NCBI GenBank assembly: GCA_002269645.1
Contig: NIVC01000736.1
Location: 124,001 to 188,000, forward strand
Length of the DNA stretch: 64,000 bases
Direction: 5' to 3'
From: Macrostomum lignano
Taxonomy: Eukaryota
Part shown: in pieces, positions 57,301 through 64,000 of the stretch
Position numbering within the stretch: the stretch's first letter is position 1
How the letters are laid out: each line of letters begins with the position of its first letter
Notes under the pieces: model-generated
What the model saw: only the letters and a program-made list of their open reading frames with translations
Told to the model about the DNA's origin: nothing
Database searches by the model: none
Position numbers and translations under genes: made by a program

Positions 57301-60300
57301 TCCTGGAGAATCGCCTGAATCTTCCTCAAGAAACCGACTCTCCTGGAGAATCGCCTGAATCTTCCTCAAGAAACCGACTCTCCTGGAGAATCGCCCCCCT
57401 CTTCCTCAAGAAACCGACTCTCCTGGAGAATCGCCTGAATCTTCCTCAAGAAACCGACTCTCCTGGAGAATCGCCTGAATCTTCCTCAAGAAACCGACTC
57501 TCCTGGAGAATCGCCTGAATCTTCCTCAAGAAACCGACTCTCCTGGAGAATCGCCTGAATCTTCCTCAAGAAACCGACTCTCCTGGAGAATCGCCTGAAT
57601 CTTCCTCAAGAAACCGACTCTCCTGGAGAATCGCCCCCCTCTTCCTCAAGAAACCGACTCTCCTGGAGAATCGCCTGAATCTTCCTCAAGAAACCGACTC
57701 TCCTGGAGAATCGCCTGAATCTTCCTCAAGAAACCGACTCTCCTGGAGAATCGCCTGAATCTTCCTCAAGAAACCGACTCTCCTGGAGAATCGCCTGAAT
57801 CTTCCTCAAGAAACCGACTCTCCTGGAGAATCGCCTGAATCTTCCTCAAGAAACCGACTCTCCTGGAGAATCGCCTGAATCTTCCTCAAGAAACCGACTC
57901 TCCTGGAGAATCGCCTGAATCTTCCTCAAGAAACCGACTCTCCTGGAGAATCGCCCCCCTCTTCCTCAAGAAACCGACTCTCCTGGAGAATCGCCTGAAT
58001 CTTCCTCAAGAAACCGACTCTCCTGGAGAATCGCCTGAATCTTCCTCAAGAAACCGACTCTCCTGGAGAATCGCCTGAATCTTCCTCAAGAAACCGACTC
58101 TCCTGGAGAATCGCCTGAATCTTCCTCAAGAAACCGACTCTCCTGGAGAATCGCCTGAATCTTCCTCAAGAAACCGACTCTCCTGGAGAATCGCCTGAAT
58201 CTTCCTCAAGAAACCGACTCTCCTGGAGAATCGCCTGAATCTTCCTCAAGAAACCGACTCTCCTGGAGAATCGCCTGAATCTTCCTCAAGAAACCGACTC
58301 TCCTGGAGAATCGCCTGAATCTTCCTCAAGAAACCGACTCTCCTGGAGAATCGCCTGAATCTTCCTCAAGAAACCGACTCTCCTGGAGAATCGCCTGAAT
58401 CTTCCTCAAGAAACCGACTCTCCTGGAGAATCGCCTGAATCTTCCTCAAGAAACCGACTCTCCTGGAGAATCGCCTGAATCTTCCTCAAGAAACCGACTC
58501 TCCTGGAGAATCGCCTGAATCTTCCTCAAGAAACCGACTCTCCTGGAGAATCGCCTGAATCTTCCTCAAGAAACCGACTCTCCTGGAGAATCGCCTGAAT
58601 CTTCCTCAAGAAACCGACTCTCCTGGAGAATCGCCTGAATCTTCCTCAAGAAACCGACTCTCCTGGAGAATCGCCTGAATCTTCCTCAAGAAACCGACTC
58701 TCCTGGAGAATCGCCTGAATCTTCCTCAAGAAACCGACTCTCCTGGAGAATCGCCTGAATCTTCCTCAAGAAACCGACTCTCCTGGAGAATCGCCTGAAT
58801 CTTCCTCAAGAAACCGACTCTCCTGGAGAATCGCCTGAATCTTCCTCAAGAAACCGACTCTCCTGGAGAATCGCCTGAATCTTCCTCAAGAAACCGACTC
58901 TCCTGGAGAATCGCCTGAATCTTCCTCAAGAAACCGACTCTCCTGGAGAATCGCCTGAATCTTCCTCAAGAAACCGACTCTCCTGGAGAATCGCCTGAAT
59001 CTTCCTCAAGAAACCGACTCTCCTGGAGAATCGCCTGAATCTTCCTCAAGAAACCGACTCTCCTGGAGAATCGCCTGAATCTTCCTCAAGAAACCGACTC
59101 TCCTGGAGAATCGCCTGAATCTTCCTCAAGAAACCGACTCTCCTGGAGAATCGCCTGAATCTTCCTCAAGAAACCGACTCTCCTGGAGAATCGCCTGAAT
59201 CTTCCTCAAGAAACCGACTCTCCTGGAGAATCGCCTGAATCTTCCTCAAGAAACCGACTCTCCTGGAGAATCGCCCCCCTCTTCCTCAAGAAACCGACTC
59301 TCCTGGAGAATCGCCTGAATCTTCCTCAAGAAACCGACTCTCCTGGAGAATCGCCTGAATCTTCCTCAAGAAACCGACTCTCCTGGAGAATCGCCTGAAT
59401 CTTCCTCAAGAAACCGACTCTCCTGGAGAATCGCCTGAATCTTCCTCAAGAAACCGACTCTCCTGGAGAATCGCCTGAATCTTCCTCAAGAAACCGACTC
59501 TCCTGGAGAATCGCCTGAATCTTCCTCAAGAAACCGACTCTCCTGGAGAATCGCCTGAATCTTCCTCAAGAAACCGACTCTCCTGGAGAATCGCCTGAAT
59601 CTTCCTCAAGAAACCGACTCTCCTGGAGAATCGCCTGAATCTTCCTCAAGAAACCGACTCTCCTGGAGAATCGCCTGAATCTTCCTCAAGAAACCGACTC
59701 TCCTGGAGAATCGCCTGAATCTTCCTCAAGAAACCGACTCTCCTGGAGAATCGCCTGAATCTTCCTCAAGAAACCGACTCTCCTGGAGAATCGCCTGAAT
59801 CTTCCTCAAGAAACCGACTCTCCTGGAGAATCGCCTGAATCTTCCTCAAGAAACCGACTCTCCTGGAGAATCGCCTGAATCTTCCTCAAGAAACCGACTC
59901 TCCTGGAGAATCGCCTGAATCTTCCTCAAGAAACCGACTCTCCTGGAGAATCGCCTGAATCTTCCTCAAGAAACCGACTCTCCTGGAGAATCGCCCCCCT
60001 CTTCCTCAAGAAACCGACTCTCCTGGAGAATCGCCTGAATCTTCCTCAAGAAACCGACTCTCCTGGAGAATCGCCTGAATCTTCCTCAAGAAACCGACTC
60101 TCCTGGAGAATCGCCTGAATCTTCCTCAAGAAACCGACTCTCCTGGAGAATCGCCTGAATCTTCCTCAAGAAACCGACTCTCCTGGAGAATCGCCTGAAT
60201 CTTCCTCAAGAAACCGACTCTCCTGGAGAATCGCCTGAATCTTCCTCAAGAAACCGACTCTCCTGGAGAATCGCCTGAATCTTCCTCAAGAAACCGACTC

Positions 60301-63300
60301 TCCTGGAGAATCGCCTGAATCTTCCTCAAGAAACCGACTCTCCTGGAGAATCGCCTGAATCTTCCTCAAGAAACCGACTCTCCTGGAGAATCGCCTGAAT
60401 CTTCCTCAAGAAACCGACTCTCCTGGAGAATCGCCTGAATCTTCCTCAAGAAACCGACTCTCCTGGAGAATCGCCCCCCTCTTCCTCAAGAAACCGACTC
60501 TCCTGGAGAATCGCCTGAATCTTCCTCAAGAAACCGACTCTCCTGGAGAATCGCCTGAATCTTCCTCAAGAAACCGACTCTCCTGGAGAATCGCCTGAAT
60601 CTTCCTCAAGAAACCGACTCTCCTGGAGAATCGCCTGAATCTTCCTCAAGAAACCGACTCTCCTGGAGAATCGCCTGAATCTTCCTCAAGAAACCGACTC
60701 TCCTGGAGAATCGCCTGAATCTTCCTCAAGAAACCGACTCTCCTGGAGAATCGCCTGAATCTTCCTCAAGAAACCGACTCTCCTGGAGAATCGCCTGAAT
60801 CTTCCTCAAGAAACCGACTCTCCTGGAGAATCGCCTGAATCTTCCTCAAGAAACCGACTCTCCTGGAGAATCGCCTGAATCTTCCTCAAGAAACCGACTC
60901 TCCTGGAGAATCGCCTGAATCTTCCTCAAGAAACCGACTCTCCTGGAGAATCGCCCCCCTCTTCCTCAAGAAACCGACTCTCCTGGAGAATCGCCTGAAT
61001 CTTCCTCAAGAAACCGACTCTCCTGGAGAATCGCCTGAATCTTCCTCAAGAAACCGACTCTCCTGGAGAATCGCCTGAATCTTCCTCAAGAAACCGACTC
61101 TCCTGGAGAATCGCCTGAATCTTCCTCAAGAAACCGACTCTCCTGGAGAATCGCCTGAATCTTCCTCAAGAAACCGACTCTCCTGGAGAATCGCCTGAAT
61201 CTTCCTCAAGAAACCGACTCTCCTGGAGAATCGCCTGAATCTTCCTCAAGAAACCGACTCTCCTGGAGAATCGCCTGAATCTTCCTCAAGAAACCGACTC
61301 TCCTGGAGAATCGCCTGAATCTTCCTCAAGAAACCGACTCTCCTGGAGAATCGCCTGAATCTTCCTCAAGAAACCGACTCTCCTGGAGAATCGCCTGAAT
61401 CTTCCTCAAGAAACCGACTCTCCTGGAGAATCGCCTGAATCTTCCTCAAGAAACCGACTCTCCTGGAGAATCGCCTGAATCTTCCTCAAGAAACCGACTC
61501 TCCTGGAGAATCGCCTGAATCTTCCTCAAGAAACCGACTCTCCTGGAGAATCGCCTGAATCTTCCTCAAGAAACCGACTCTCCTGGAGAATCGCCTGAAT
61601 CTTCCTCAAGAAACCGACTCTCCTGGAGAATCGCCTGAATCTTCCTCAAGAAACCGACTCTCCTGGAGAATCGCCTGAATCTTCCTCAAGAAACCGACTC
61701 TCCTGGAGAATCGCCTGAATCTTCCTCAAGAAACCGACTCTCCTGGAGAATCGCCTGAATCTTCCTCAAGAAACCGACTCTCCTGGAGAATCGCCTGAAT
61801 CTTCCTCAAGAAACCGACTCTCCTGGAGAATCGCCTGAATCTTCCTCAAGAAACCGACTCTCCTGGAGAATCGCCTGAATCTTCCTCAAGAAACCGACTC
61901 TCCTGGAGAATCGCCTGAATCTTCCTCAAGAAACCGACTCTCCTGGAGAATCGCCTGAATCTTCCTCAAGAAACCGACTCTCCTGGAGAATCGCCTGAAT
62001 CTTCCTCAAGAAACCGACTCTCCTGGAGAATCGCCTGAATCTTCCTCAAGAAACCGACTCTCCTGGAGAATCGCCTGAATCTTCCTCAAGAAACCGACTC
62101 TCCTGGAGAATCGCCTGAATCTTCCTCAAGAAACCGACTCTCCTGGAGAATCGCCTGAATCTTCCTCAAGAAACCGACTCTCCTGGAGAATCGCCTGAAT
62201 CTTCCTCAAGAAACCGACTCTCCTGGAGAATCGCCTGAATCTTCCTCAAGAAACCGACTCTCCTGGAGAATCGCCTGAATCTTCCTCAAGAAACCGACTC
62301 TCCTGGAGAATCGCCTGAATCTTCCTCAAGAAACCGACTCTCCTGGAGAATCGCCTGAATCTTCCTCAAGAAACCGACTCTCCTGGAGAATCGCCTGAAT
62401 CTTCCTCAAGAAACCGACTCTCCTGGAGAATCGCCTGAATCTTCCTCAAGAAACCGACTCTCCTGGAGAATCGCCTGAATCTTCCTCAAGAAACCGACTC
62501 TCCTGGAGAATCGCCTGAATCTTCCTCAAGAAACCGACTCTCCTGGAGAATCGCCTGAATCTTCCTCAAGAAACCGACTCTCCTGGAGAATCGCCTGAAT
62601 CTTCCTCAAGAAACCGACTCTCCTGGAGAATCGCCTGAATCTTCCTCAAGAAACCGACTCTCCTGGAGAATCGCCTGAATCTTCCTCAAGAAACCGACTC
62701 TCCTGGAGAATCGCCTGAATCTTCCTCAAGAAACCGACTCTCCTGGAGAATCGCCTGAATCTTCCTCAAGAAACCGACTCTCCTGGAGAATCGCCTGAAT
62801 CTTCCTCAAGAAACCGACTCTCCTGGAGAATCGCCTGAATCTTCCTCAAGAAACCGACTCTCCTGGAGAATCGCCTGAATCTTCCTCAAGAAACCGACTC
62901 TCCTGGAGAATCGCCTGAATCTTCCTCAAGAAACCGACTCTCCTGGAGAATCGCCTGAATCTTCCTCAAGAAACCGACTCTCCTGGAGAATCGCCTGAAT
63001 CTTCCTCAAGAAACCGACTCTCCTGGAGAATCGCCTGAATCTTCCTCAAGAAACCGACTCTCCTGGAGAATCGCCTGAATCTTCCTCAAGAAACCGACTC
63101 TCCTGGAGAATCGCCTGAATCTTCCTCAAGAAACCGACTCTCCTGGAGAATCGCCCCCCTCTTCCTCAAGAAACCGACTCTCCTGGAGAATCGCCTGAAT
63201 CTTCCTCAAGAAACCGACTCTCCTGGAGAATCGCCTGAATCTTCCTCAAGAAACCGACTCTCCTGGAGAATCGCCTGAATCTTCCTCAAGAAACCGACTC

Positions 63301-64000
63301 TCCTGGAGAATCGCCTGAATCTTCCTCAAGAAACCGACTCTCCTGGAGAATCGCCTGAATCTTCCTCAAGAAACCGACTCTCCTGGAGAATCGCCTGAAT
63401 CTTCCTCAAGAAACCGACTCTCCTGGAGAATCGCCTGAATCTTCCTCAAGAAACCGACTCTCCTGGAGAATCGCCTGAATCTTCCTCAAGAAACCGACTC
63501 TCCTGGAGAATCGCCTGAATCTTCCTCAAGAAACCGACTCTCCTGGAGAATCGCCTGAATCTTCCTCAAGAAACCGACTCTCCTGGAGAATCGCCTGAAT
63601 CTTCCTCAAGAAACCGACTCTCCTGGAGAATCGCCTGAATCTTCCTCAAGAAACCGACTCTCCTGGAGAATCGCCTGAATCTTCCTCAAGAAACCGACTC
63701 TCCTGGAGAATCGCCTGAATCTTCCTCAAGAAACCGACTCTCCTGGAGAATCGCCTGAATCTTCCTCAAGAAACCGACTCTCCTGGAGAATCGCCTGAAT
63801 CTTCCTCAAGAAACCGACTCTCCTGGAGAATCGCCTGAATCTTCCTCAAGAAACCGACTCTCCTGGAGAATCGCCCCCCTCTTCCTCAAGAAACCGACTC
63901 TCCTGGAGAATCGCCTGAATCTTCCTCAAGAAACCGACTCTCCTGGAGAATCGCCTGAATCTTCCTCAAGAAACCGACTCTCCTGGAGAATCGCCTGAAT
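48400..64000. repeat. 40-bp satellite (CCTCAAGAAACCGACTCTCCTGGAGAATCGCCTGAATCTT), about 390 copies, continuing past the window end
   Basis: Exact 40-bp period (sequence lines recur every 120 nt). Variant units: CGCCCCCCTCTT (40 bp), 39-bp and 35-bp deletion forms. No long ORFs. Confidence 0.99.

Noticed and set aside
55741-64000. Higher-order repeat structure in the satellite
   Set aside because: Spacings between variant units (600, 160, 560, 240, 320, 1320, 720, 480, 480, 2200, 720 bp) show no consistent period.

Overview
Eukaryotic (metazoan) genomic DNA with GC-rich exons, GT-AG introns and very dense minisatellites. The style suggests a free-living flatworm such as Macrostomum, which is an inference only. 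No CRISPR array, rRNA or functional tRNA gene is supported. The window holds: (1) an internally deleted P-element-like THAP transposon (4882-8364) with TIRs and an 8-bp TSD; (2) three same-strand spliced housekeeping genes, a compact SMARCC/SWI3-type BAF subunit (10094-13007), VPS41 (15198-27702, 9 exons) and an SNX19-like PXA-PX-Nexin_C sorting nexin (29315-35504), with most longer introns filled by their own private tandem repeat; (3) a tRNA-derived SINE and a 3.7-kb CCC-ended TIR element nested in a 24-bp array in VPS41 intron 2; (4) an intronless secreted PAN/Apple-like plus LamG-like gene (39016-40050); (5) an intronless 1120-aa channel gene on the minus strand that joins N-terminal ankyrin repeats to a TRPM-type body (41867-45229), the most unusual protein here; (6) a two-exon secreted orphan with a Gly-Arg-Pro repeat (46441-47196); and (7) a 40-bp satellite of more than 15.5 kb that runs off the window end. 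Exon boundaries were deduced by eye from frame continuity, GT/AG signals and recalled family motifs. No database search was run.
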